NCBI GenBank assembly: GCA_964247055.1
Contig: OZ176051.1
Location: 7,316,001 to 7,380,000 of the forward strand
DNA length: 64,000 nucleotides
DNA from: Paragordius varius
Lineage: Eukaryota > Animalia > Nematomorpha
Reading direction: 5' to 3'
Shown: positions 14,301-25,800 of the stretch, piece after piece
How the letters are laid out: each line of letters opens with the position of its first letter
Numbering within the stretch: the stretch's first letter is position 1
Made by a program: the position numbers and the translations under genes
The notes under the pieces: generated by a model
Told to the model about the DNA's origin: nothing
The model's database searches: none
The model's input: only the letters and a program-made list of their open reading frames with translations

Positions 14301-17300
14301 TGCTTGAAAAAATGTTGCGTTTGCTTGAAAAAATGTTGCGTTTGGTTGAAAAAATGTTGCATTTGGTTGAAAAAATGTTGCATTTGGTTGAAAAAATGAT
14401 GTTTTTGCATGAAAAATGGTATATGTGGTAATATTTACATATCGCCAGGTCAGAGTGCAGGCACGGAATTCTATTGAAAGGTGTTTTTACTGGTTTTTCT
14501 GTGTAAGGGGTGTTGTAGCAACTTGGCCATATCTTCTGATCCATTCCGGCCATTTTCCGACTAATGAATGGTTTAAATAATTTGTTTTTTGGCTTAAATG
14601 TTGTGCATTAACGGTATAAGTGAGCTTCAATAATTTTTATTTGACAATATTGCTCTGCTTCCACTAGTCATAGAGTATTACCTTTTTTCCGAAGTAATTT
14701 GGTTTTGATGTTTAGAAACCGGTTGGTAAGGTAAAATTTACGCTACTTCCCCTGGTTTTATAAAATAAAACCTGTTTTCATCATCGATCACATTAATTAC
14801 AAAGGATTATGTATCATAACGTTGAAGAGATTTTCACAAGTCACCTTCCGAATTATTTGACGTTTTCAAATTGTGTAGAACCCGTTCATTGATCTTTTAC
14901 ATTCAAAGATGGGTTCTGATTGTTTTTTGTGTCAGATGTAATGCTTCAACCAATTGCCGTTGATATCAAAATGAGTCATCTTCAAATAGCTTTACACATT
15001 ATCGTCTCCGCAATTGTATAGTGTCCAGCAGAGTGCCAACCCCCGTACAATGAAATCAAACATTTAAATTTCAAAACCATGTTTCACGTGTTTTAATCCA
15101 TATGCATCTACCAGCAAACGATTCATTTTTCTTTTAATATAAGAAAAGCAATGCTTGCTGTAAGTGACATGATTACTGAATGATAAAAACAAGACTCTAA
15201 CTTTTGGCGGATTTAACTGTGTGTGTGTTAGTGAACAAAATGGCTATGTCAAATATCGTCTGCTTACCTTTCACTTAGTTAAACCGGTGATATGACTACT
15301 AGTATAAATATAAATTTCAAAAAATAATTAATTAGGAACTACCAATCAAAACGTTATATAACAAGCGAGGAGTGGAAAATCCTATGGAATAACATTCAAA
15401 TCGCTCATGTCGGAAACATTAGACAAGTAATCTTCATTAAATTAACTTTTGGTCGTTTTCGCAATTTAATAAATTAAAAAATATATGTTGGTGAAATCTT
15501 GGATTACAAAATGCCAGGGAAAGCGGCGTTAATTTAGGAAACTTATTTTAAATTTGTGAAATAAAAAATTAAAATTGCGTTGTGACAATAATTAATTACT
15601 TTACCGTATTTGCATACGGGAAATGACATAATAGCCTCATTAATTAAAAACTCACCACCATTTTTATATATAAAGATGTATTAGGTTAACTGTAGGAAAC
15701 ATAAATGATTTTTTATTATTTATCACTGTAAACTGGAACAAGTTTTTAATTTATGCATAAATTTTTTTTAATATCCATATTATTTCAATTATAATTGAAA
15801 ATTAATCATTATTAAATAATGTCTCTAAACCAGGGGTATCCAACAATTGGCTTTGCGCGCAGCTTGAAATATACATGGGCATTAATTAATATTTTATTAG
15901 ATTTGAAACATAAGGCTGTAAAATGTAAACACAATATAACATTTTTGTGTAGTTTGTTGTCAATTAGCCCGATTTATTTGGATACCCTTGCTGAACCCTA
16001 AATCAAAATAAATATTATATATCTGAAAATTAATTAATTTGTCCTCATTTGTTAATAAATGCCTTTTTATTTTAAAATCTAAAAGAATAAAATTTATAAG
16101 ATTATTGATAACCACCATCTTATATTTTTGTGTTTAGAAACAAATTCAAACAGGAAAATATCAAGGTAAAATAGTTTTCATCAAAAATCTTGCCGCTGAA
16201 CCGAAATTCTCCATTACTCCTGCTTTGCTTGAGGAGATTAACGCCATTAAAAGCATCAATCATGAAAACTTGGGTCATTTTATTGGGATTGCGGTAGAAA
16301 AAAATCGAAATGCAATAATTGTACAATTTCTTGGAAAACGCAACTTATCCGAATTGCTGACGAAAAGCAACCTAAGATTATCTTGGGATATTAAATACTC
16401 TATTATAAATGACATGGTCAAGGTAATAATTTTATTTGTAAATGGTGTCATTTTATATAAAAAAATTTTATTGAATATTTAATATCTTTTAGGGTATGAC
16501 GTATTTGCATTCCAGCCAAATAATATGTCATGGAAGATTGCGCTCATCCAAAGTCATTGTCGATAACCGTTTTGTAGCTAGGATTACTGGATTCGGCCTA
16601 CCGACCATTTATCACAAAAATGTCACTTTCAGCAATTGGGCTGGTAGGCCAAAAAAATATATTAGAGAACTTTTTTGGATTGCACCAGAATTCTTGAGGG
16701 GATCGAATGGAAACGTAACGACGAATAGAGAATCTGATATGGATCAATTTCGATCTTTTCGCAGCAATGTAAGTTTCAGTAACCGTTGTAAAAGATATGA
16801 CGGGCATCGTAGCCAACAGGACCTTGGTTCAAAACTCATGAGATCATGCAGAAGTTTGCAGCACAGTGTACTTGGTAACGCATCAAAATGGTGGAAAAAT
16901 GGTATTCCCAAACCCAAATATTTTTATTGTAATAAATACAAACGTAAGAAATCCAAAATAGCTAATCATACAATCGATGATCAAACAACTGTTACTCAAT
17001 GGCCTCCGTACTTGCGGAAAACGTCAAGTCAAGCCGGAGATATCTACAGTTTTGCCATTATAGTTTCGGAACTTATAACGAACAAACCACCATTCTATTA
17101 CAATGTATTACAGATTGCAAATTTGTATGATGCAACGAACCCAAAACCGTTGCCCCCAACAACATCAAAAAATGATATTAATAAAGATTTAAACCAACAA
17201 AGTAAATTTATAACGTTTATATACTAAAATATCCTCAAAATTGGAGCTTAAGTTTATTAATCCCTACTCAGAGGCAGAAACAGAGAAAAAAAGTCAAAGT

Positions 17301-19822
17301 CTATGTAGAATCATAATCGTATAAAACCTATAAAAATGTCTTCTACAATTTTGATGATTGGCCCCCTTAATATAAACTAAAAACTTATTTAGAGTTATCA
17401 ATTGAATGACATTTTATGATCAATTAAAAGTGTAAGAATATAATGGTTAAAATATTTTACTAAAGCCCATAAAAAGTTTTAATAAATTAATTATATTACA
17501 AACAGAGGCGTAGCTAGAGGGGGGAAAGGGAACTGATGCACCGGGCGCCATAGTTGAAAGGGAGCCGAATTTTAAATTTTTTAATTTTATTTAGAAAAAA
17601 ATAGATATTAAAAAGTTATTATTTTAAGTAAACACATAAAGAAATCACCCATTTATGAGTGACAATGACCTCGATTTGAATATGATTATTTTTTTAAAAT
17701 GGAAGGGGTCGCAGGGAAGGGGAGGGGCCCATTACGAATTCATGCACCGGGGGCCAGAAATGCAAGCTACGCCTTTGATTGCAAATGTGAGATTTGAATA
17801 TATATATATATATATATATATGTAAATGATCAGATATGCAGTCTTTATACAACTATCGATACATGACGGAAATGATTGATGTAATAAAACGGCATGACAC
17901 ACCTTTGTGTAGACCATTTATGGGACCACAACAGCCACAAACTTTGGGATCTTTCGGGAGTACGTTCAATATTAGTTCCGCTTCATCCAATTTAACTGAT
18001 AGTGGTTGGATGATTAATCAAACATCAGGGCTTTTGGAAATGGAGCCGCCTCCAAAAAATAATGTACTTATCCAAAACTCGACTCAATTGATGATAGAAA
18101 ATGATACAATTACTGCTGTACAGATATCTAATCAACAAGATACCATAAGTCAAATAATAGAATTAATATCACAATGCTGGGATGAAATGCCTGAGGAACG
18201 ACCTCGTTTCCCTGACCTAGGATTGATTTATAAAAATATCACGAAACAAATTGATTTTACCAAATTCAGTGAAACCTTGTTGGATAAAATGGATCATTAC
18301 GCTAATAATTTGGAGAGTATTGTAGCTGAAAAAACCGAAGCTTACGTGAAAGAGAAAGAGAGGGGTGATGCAATACTGTACCAAGTTCTTCCCAAGTGAA
18401 ATACTTATGCATACTTTTTTTGAAAAATAGGGGGGCAATCAATACGTTAAAATTATTATTTTTTTAATTTTATATTATTATAATGATTTAGAATTATAGC
18501 GGAAAATTTGAAAAGTGGCGTTAAAATTGAACCAGAAGAATTCGATAGTGTTACCGTATACTTTAATGATATGACAAATTTTATGCAAGTTTCTACTACC
18601 AGTTCAGCCATCGAAGTATAGAATAACACATTAATATTAAAGATTGTGACGTTTTTAAACGACATGTATATACAGTTGGATTCTCTGGTTTCTCAATTCG
18701 ATGTTTACAAGGTAAGTGTTCTGTGTAAGAATATAAATTTTTAAGATTTACCCAGTGTTCGGGCCCAAAACTTTATACTTTATTACAGAAGCGCTTGATA
18801 TCTAAAAAATTTCAAAATGGTTCCAGATATCATTTTTTTTAACTTTTTCATTAAAAAGGGTAGATTTGATTTTGGTCCTTTTTATTTATTTTTGCGGTTT
18901 ATTATTCACATTCTAAAATAAATATTCATTAAAATATAGTCACAAAATCGCATTATCCTAAAAGGAAGGAAACAAAACCAATATTATTTCTAAAAAATTA
19001 AAACGACAACCATTGTAAGTCAACCGTCAGAATCAAAAACGGCTCCAGTTCTAATCCCCGCTTTTATATTTTATAATTTAATTTGATGCCTCTATATATT
19101 ATGCTCCTAAGAGTTAAATGATCATAAATTAATCAGAACAGCGTTAATAACCAATATGTAGGTTGAAACGGTGGGTGATGCATATATGGTAGCATCTGGA
19201 TTACCAATCCGTAATGGAATTATGCATGCCAAAGAAATAGCCCGATTAGCCTTACGAATAAGGGAAGAAATGTCTGTATTTAAAATTAAACACCGGCCAA
19301 CAGAGTCTGTTAATATTCGAATAGGTTTCCACAGCGGTAATTTCAATTTTACATTATATTAAATATTGACTTTTAGGAGGATTTATTAGCTAAAATCAAT
19401 CTTTTTGTTGTTTAAACCTATTTTGTTATTTATGAATTGGGTAGGGCCTTGCGCAGCTGGTATTATTGGACGCAAAATGCCAAGGTACTGTTTGTTTGGA
19501 GATACGGTCAATACTGCTTCAAGGATGGAAACTAACGGAGAAGGTTTAACAATATATTTTTTTAAAGAGTTTTGAGGAAATTTAAAACTTTTATTTCCAT
19601 TCTCATTTTGTAGCATTCAAAATTCATATTAGCCAGGCGTCAAAATTGTTACTTGACCAAATAGGTGGGTTTGAAACCCAGGATAGAGGAATGGTTGAAA
19701 TAAAGGTTAACATAATAATAATTTGGTTTAATGTTAACTTAAATATACATTTTTCCAAATAGGGCAAAGGTCTGATGAATACATTTTGGCTGATAAAAGA
19801 AACCTCAGAATCAAAAACCTAG
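5306..19822 (+). CDS. Receptor-type guanylate cyclase (natriuretic peptide receptor NPR-A/B / Gyc76C-like), 14 exons, ~1400 aa
   Basis: Exons 5306-6329, 7475-7854, 8180-8309, 9017-9419, 15336-15426, 16138-16422, 16493-17201, 17834-18395, 18492-18615, 18643-18711, 19162-19336, 19445-19543, 19614-19705, 19763-19822; all GT-AG, phases compatible, total 4203 nt. Domains: N-terminal hydrophobic signal; ANF-receptor-like ectodomain ([25 protein letters not shown]); juxtamembrane Cys pair ([11 protein letters not shown]); one TM helix; kinase-homology domain ([33 protein letters not shown]); coiled coil; cyclase core ([33 protein letters not shown]) with the GTP-specifying Glu and Cys. Confidence 0.95.
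5699..5728 (+). repeat. (AAT)10 microsatellite encoding poly-Asn in the guanylate cyclase ectodomain
   Basis: Read directly; in frame within exon 1. Confidence 0.95.
9449..12655 (-). mobile_element. Full-length RTE-clade non-LTR retrotransposon in intron 4 of the guanylate cyclase
   Basis: Single 944-aa ORF 12304-9470 with an APE endonuclease (ATWNTRG, LGLSET, GDFNA, SDHNLL) and RT (RPISL-like [34 protein letters not shown]), plus an RTE-type C-terminus ([21 protein letters not shown]). ~350-nt 5' UTR, short CAA/TAA tail, 11-bp TSD AATATAATTAT at 9438-9448 and 12656-12666. Confidence 0.95.
12982..13236 (+). repeat. Tandem array of 12 x ~21-bp units (CATTTTTTCAAGCAAACGCAA)
   Basis: Units counted directly; variant units end in AGACAT, TCC and ACC. 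Confidence 0.95.
14144..14418 (-). repeat. Tandem array of 13 x 21-bp units, inverted copy of the 12982 array
   Basis: Same variant units in mirror order, plus one extra AACCAAATGCAA unit. Confidence 0.95.
15831..15990. mobile_element. hAT (Charlie-like) MITE
   Basis: TIR CAGGGGTATCCAA / TTGGATACCCTTG; left flank CTCTAAAC resembles the Charlie target; TSD poorly preserved. Confidence 0.55.
17503..17777. mobile_element. hAT MITE in guanylate cyclase intron 7
   Basis: TIR CAGAGGCGTAGCT / AGCTACGCCTTTG; 8-bp TSD ATTACAAA/ATTGCAAA (7/8); GC-rich subterminals. Confidence 0.8.
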
Positions 19823-19895
19823 ATTAGTGGAGTATATTTATATAGATTTTATTCATTTATATACACATGTATCATTTACATATGAGTAAAAATGT

Positions 19896-22800
19896 TTAGT
19901 TCACAAGATTCTGTATTTGACTCATACGAGTTCCAAAGGTAAGGGATGATCTAAGTCTGAGATCAGCATTACGATAGTAATGATTAAAATCAAGTCTAAA
20001 ATTTAGTTGATAAAGGTGGACATTGCTATAAACAGTTTTATTTCCGTAAAATGGTGGCTTATCCAAACCATGCACTCTAGAATCCAAGGCATCCATATTA
20101 TTAATCGTTTCAGCATTGAAATCACCGAAATCAGAATGGGGTGTAATGTTATTCTCAAAACCTGAATGGCTTAGCTTGGTGTTTAAATTGGCAAGGGGTA
20201 GTGGTCGATCCGTTAACATAAATAAGAAATCTTTCATTAAGCTCTAAAAAGCATTTGTAAAATAAAACCATATATCACAAATGTTATCAGTTGAGCGACG
20301 TATTTTTGACTTTATAAGTTTTAAGAAACTATTACAATTAAAATTAATTAATTAACGATTACTTTTTAAAAATAAAGATAGTTTATAAAATTATAAAACC
20401 TTTTTTTAATTGTAATAATTTTTAGGGTGTAATAACTAAATCAACCAGATAGTCAAACGTCAATATTTAAAACAACTTACAAAAAAGAAAAAATATTTCA
20501 GATAAATCTGAAAAATGACATATATATTTTATAAATAAATCATACATCATAAGAGGCTTTGAGCAGATTACATTTCTCCTGAAAAGTAATGAGTTTGTGT
20601 AAAAACGTAGTTTTTGGCACATTAATTTTTTCCTATAAGAAAACATTGAAATGTAATGAGTTAATCTTTGTCTATGTATATATTATATATAAGAGTTTTT
20701 ACCTCAACTGAATTTAAATGATGGCGATTGTCGATTAGATTTTGTATATCTTGATCAACAAGATCACATATATGATTTTCATTCAATTTGCCAGCATAAG
20801 ATAACCGGTGGCCAAAAAGTGTTGTATGCATTTGAAATTGAAGGTTGAGGAAACGTAAAACAAGATCATACAAACTTAGTAAATGGGCATAAAGGGTCTA
20901 ATATAAACACAATAATTTATATATTAGAAGGGTAATCAAAAATTTTATAAAAAATAAAACAAGTTAAAAATATATAATAAAAACTTTATCTTTGGCTGTT
21001 AAAAGAAATCCTTGTAGCAATTTCCAAAGATACTTTTCATGACATGCCACAAGAGAATCAAAATCATGGCCAGAATTCATGATAGATGTAGTGTTCTTTT
21101 TATCATTCAAATCGCTACAATTTTTATCTTGCAAATCTGTGCAATTTTCCTCGTGACTATCAATACATTCGGATTGAATATTTAGGTTTAAATTGGGAGT
21201 ATTTTTATCAGTAGGTTTACATTGTTCATTGTTGTTGGATAAATTTAGGCTCTGCATGAAATCTATCCAAGAACATTCCATTACCTATAGTTTAATAATG
21301 GATAATTATATTCATAATCCGTTTTCGAATTAAAATATTTGAACAGTAAGGCGCATTCAAGGGCAAAAATAACTTATTCAATATATTACCAAATTTTTAA
21401 GAGCTAGCTAAAACATAGGATTAAAAACAAATGTAGAACTTTAATTTTAGTTTATAATTTAATTTATTTTTAACGTTTGAAAAAGATTACTTGTAGTATT
21501 CATTCAATTTTAGCTGAATTAAATTTGCAATAATAAAAATGTATAATTAAAGTTATTTCATAAATAAAATTGGGCTAACTTATAAAGTATAAAATACCTG
21601 TAAAATATAAAATATGGTTAAAATCATATTGTGAGTGAAAATTATCAGCAAAAAATTAAATATACTAAGCTATAAGTATATGAAAAATAATTTAGAAACT
21701 TTAAAATTTTAACCTCGAAATGTAAGTAATATTGTATCTGTTGAATAAAATGGAGCATTGATGTAACAATCGTATGGAAAGCATGTAGTAAAACACCAAT
21801 ACCTACAGCAAAATACATTATTAAATTTTTTATTCAATTTACAATTCATTACAAAAAAATAATATAAGATATTAGAGTAAAAAGTAATCTAAGAAGAATA
21901 CGTTTTCGGTATAATATATGGATCCGTAATATAATATCAGAATCAATGTTGATCATTGGGTTACCGTTTTGGCTAACCTTATCTATATTTAACCATATAT
22001 ATATATACTAATATATTAAAATTGAAATTATATTAGAAATTTCCAACGCGCGATTCGTGAAAAATTGGAAACCATAATTGCAAAAGAATGCTCAAAAATT
22101 TTTAGCAAATTAACACTTATCAAATAAATATTCTCAAATTGTAATATTGTGTTCGCATTATATTAGTTAAAAATAATGATATATATATATATATATATAT
22201 ATATCAAATGCGGCCTGCAAAATCATTTTTTGTGTTGGATATTGATGCTTTAAATAGTTAATTACTTTTGGTAAGTTTAGCCCTAGAAAAAACGAAATTT
22301 GGATAGTTTCGTTGATTTTTCCAAGCTTTACAAAGCTTAAATCCCAACCATTTTGTGCGCCATATTACTAAAAACAAACTTTGGTAATGACTTAACTGGA
22401 CAGGTGTAATGATCTAATGACGTTAAAATATAGTAATAAATGTAAAATTTTCATATAAGTATTTTAATTAAGAGACGGGAAATTTTGATATAATTATTAC
22501 CATAGAAAGCGGTCCATCAATCATATATTTCAAAGAAAAAAGTTCCCACATTGGTATTTGTAATTTATTAGTAACAGCTTGCTAAAAATTTTAACAAAAT
22601 AAATCAATATATTTAATATTTGCAGGATATGATATTATTTAGTTTACTAGTGAATAGACTTACGTTTCAGTTATAATATAATTTATATGAGCACTAAATA
22701 TTCCATATAATGTACATAATAAACCTTTTATACAAGGCCTTAATATTTAGCCAATGCGAATCATGTGTCCGATTATATAAAATGAGATTTTAGTTAAAAT

Positions 22801-25800
22801 TATCAGTTTAATGTACCTTCCACAAGTCTTTTGTCCCATCTACATTAACAAAAACTGAAAAAATATACATTTATATTTTTTCATTAATAACATTAACAAA
22901 ATAAATCCCAAGCCACAAATTACGATACAGACAAATTTTAGGGCATGCAATCTGGAGATATTGCAAAACTTACGGTAATAGAACAAAGAGAGAATATGTA
23001 CAGTGGCAAAATTCATTACATTGTGCGGCAAAAAATGGAGAACAAAAAATAAATGTATATAAATGATAGATTCGATAGTTAAAAATTTCAGGATAATAAA
23101 TATCGAAATGATAAATACGGTTTAATTAACAAAATTCTGCAATTGGCCAAAATCAAATCGCATTTTTTCACACATTAGGTCGAATAAAATTGAATATATT
23201 TAGGAAAACGCGTCAACTAAACTTAATATGTAAAAATGAAGGCTATTTCAAAACTTAAAATATTTTGATAAATTAATTTTTCCAGATGATGCTTGAGAGA
23301 CTTATAGAATTAAAGCTAAAAAATCGGAGCTTGGCGTCAAATTAAAAACAACACATTAACATTTTTGCGGTAACAGAAAATTTTTCATAAATATCATCTA
23401 ATGATTACATATATAAAGTAACCCCAATAAATAGCGTTTAAATGATTCTTATTTAAAACGATAAAAAATAATTTGCATCTTAATGGAGCTAGCAATAAAA
23501 TTTTACATAACTTGATATATATATATATATATATATATATGTACTCTTCTAGAAAATTTATAAAAAAAATATTATATCCCCTCAATCATCATAAGCTTTA
23601 TATCCGAAAATTTTGATCTGTATTTTCAGGCTATCTAAACTTTATAGGGCTAAAATGCTAAACACCATAATAAAAAATTGGATTATATTGATTTTTTATT
23701 CGCAATAAAAAATAATAACTTACATAATATTGTCGTTCATCGACTGAAACCTTGAGTCGATCTTTGACTTGTGGAAAGACATGGATAGAATTACTATTGT
23801 AAATAGCTTCTTCAACACTTTCCGTTAACTTTGGAATGAAAAATTTATTGCGTAAATTTATGCGATAACTGTTGAGAACTTTTATTCGTTCTTCTGGGAG
23901 TGATGATGGTATAGTGTTTTCATCTGGAATTTCTAAAATAAAAATATTTTTTTATGAAGCAAGATATTTATAAGTGTGTTTTGTGCTAGGTTTATAGTAA
24001 ATCCCATTCTCTCTAAATGAGTTTTTTATAGCGTATATAAATTAGTATACGCGATTTTCCACAAAATATGTCGATTTATTCACTGACTTAGCACCATTCA
24101 CGAACTGACATTAGGAATCTTAGCCAAAATAATTATTAATTTAAATTTCTATAAATCTCTGAAAATTTTTTATATATGATACCTACTAATTTAATATTTG
24201 AATTTATCTTCAAATTTAAAGATTACTACTAAGCATCTTGTTCCATGAATCCCAATCTAGAATTTGGTAAGGTCGATGTTTAATATTTTATGTTATATTT
24301 AATATAGTCGTTTCAGATAATATATATATATATAATATCCTGAAAAATTCATCTTGATTTTCTGTCAATCGAGCCCATAATAATGGACTTTGGTCTCTGT
24401 ATATTTTTTGCCTCAAAACATTAAAATAAATGTCGCATACACCCCATATACATTAATTTAAATATATATATATATATATTTAGTTACCCTTTACAGCATC
24501 CTTATCAAGGGCATAAAAAGCTGTTAGGAGTTGTGATGTGAAATCTCCACGCGCAAGTAATAAATGCCCCTTTAAGGCTTCAAAATGTTCCAATAGCCCC
24601 AATTTTGATACTAAATGATCCATTAAAAGTGTTGTATGATGCATGTACATAGTGTCTATGGCTTGGCGAAATGCATCCGAAAATTCTAAAAAAATGCACA
24701 TTAAACGATAATTTTTCATGTTTGTAGAAAAGGTTTGAATATTTAAACCGCTTTTCATAGCATTTAAGAGTACGCTTTAAAAAATAATGAAATATAAATG
24801 AATAAATTTAACATTAAAAAATAAATGATATTATACTTAAAATGGGAATATAATTTTAAAAATATATAATAATTGTTATCAATACATTACTAAGAACTAC
24901 AATCGAAACCGATTCGATTACGTTACAATGATATCTTAATTAACACACAGTTACTATAACATTTAATTAATGATTATGACTGTTAATTGTTCCATATTTA
25001 ATAATGAAGAGAAAACCCATTCTAGATACACAATATATAAAATCCACTACAAAATCGTATAATAGTTTATATATATATAAATTGTAAACTTGGATTATCT
25101 ATTGGATCTCCAAACTCAATAGCCATATTGATCAACGTGTCTCTATCATCAGTAGTCAAATTATTTTCGTTTTGGATATTATTAATTTTATTGGTTGACA
25201 AAATATCCGTAAAAGTTTTTAACGATGACCGAGAAACATTGCAGTCATTTAGTAAGAAATGTGAGCATTTACCACCAGAGTAAATCTAAAAAATATTTTT
25301 AATTTGTTATCAAATAAAACATAAAAATCCCTAACACCTTAACTAACATCATTAGTTTTGATTAAAAAATAACTTAAGGCGGTTGAAACATGACCTATAC
25401 ATATTTTACATAAAGACATTTTTAATATAAGTAATAAAAGAATAACTAATTTGCTTGCAATTTGTTGTAACATTTACAGTTAAACTATGTTATTATAATG
25501 ATTAACCTTATAAAGATCGCTTCTATGCATAAAAATTGGGGTCATTTTAGTGTGGAAATTAAAGCGTCCTTTCCACTCTTGCCTAACATCAGTAGGGAGG
25601 GATTTTTCATCACCCAATGTGGATTTGCTATCATCTATTTCTTCAATTGGAAACTATACATAAATATAAAAGATATGTCCTTTTAGATTAATATATATAT
25701 ATTTTATGGATATCAATTGTTAAATTATACATTAAACTTCATAATGACTATTAAGATCATATCTGGCTTATTTATGCATATTATCTACTTTACAAAGTGA

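Larger units (their letters stand above)
12981..14419. mobile_element. Foldback-type non-autonomous DNA element with ~440-460-bp TIRs containing 21-bp tandem arrays
   Basis: Arms ~12981-13423 and ~13957-14419 are near-perfect reverse complements; termini CC...GG are flanked by TA(TA) on both sides; AT-rich non-coding spacer. Confidence 0.85.
12822..15287 (-). mobile_element. Degenerate mariner relic split by the foldback insertion at 12981-14419
   Basis: Shares the TTAGTTAAACCGG terminus with the 4781 copy. Peptides TEKPVK..SDLA..YH (14560-14420) continue across the insertion as MAH/ILAEQH..KYIEVD..FE (12980-12880), matching mariner YSPDLAPSDYHLF..MGHALAEQ..KCV...FE. Confidence 0.65.

Noticed and set aside
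12915-14553. Several 75-150-aa ORFs with leucine-zipper-like or FFQANAT/HFFKQTQ repeats
   Set aside because: They arise from 21-bp (7-codon) tandem units in TE TIRs and are open in several frames on both strands; no sign of real coding.
22801-23040. 63-aa minus-strand ORF with a 22-nt GT-AG segment inside a GCP3 intron
   Set aside because: Not needed for the GCP3 frame (23724 joins 22581), and no homology was recognised.
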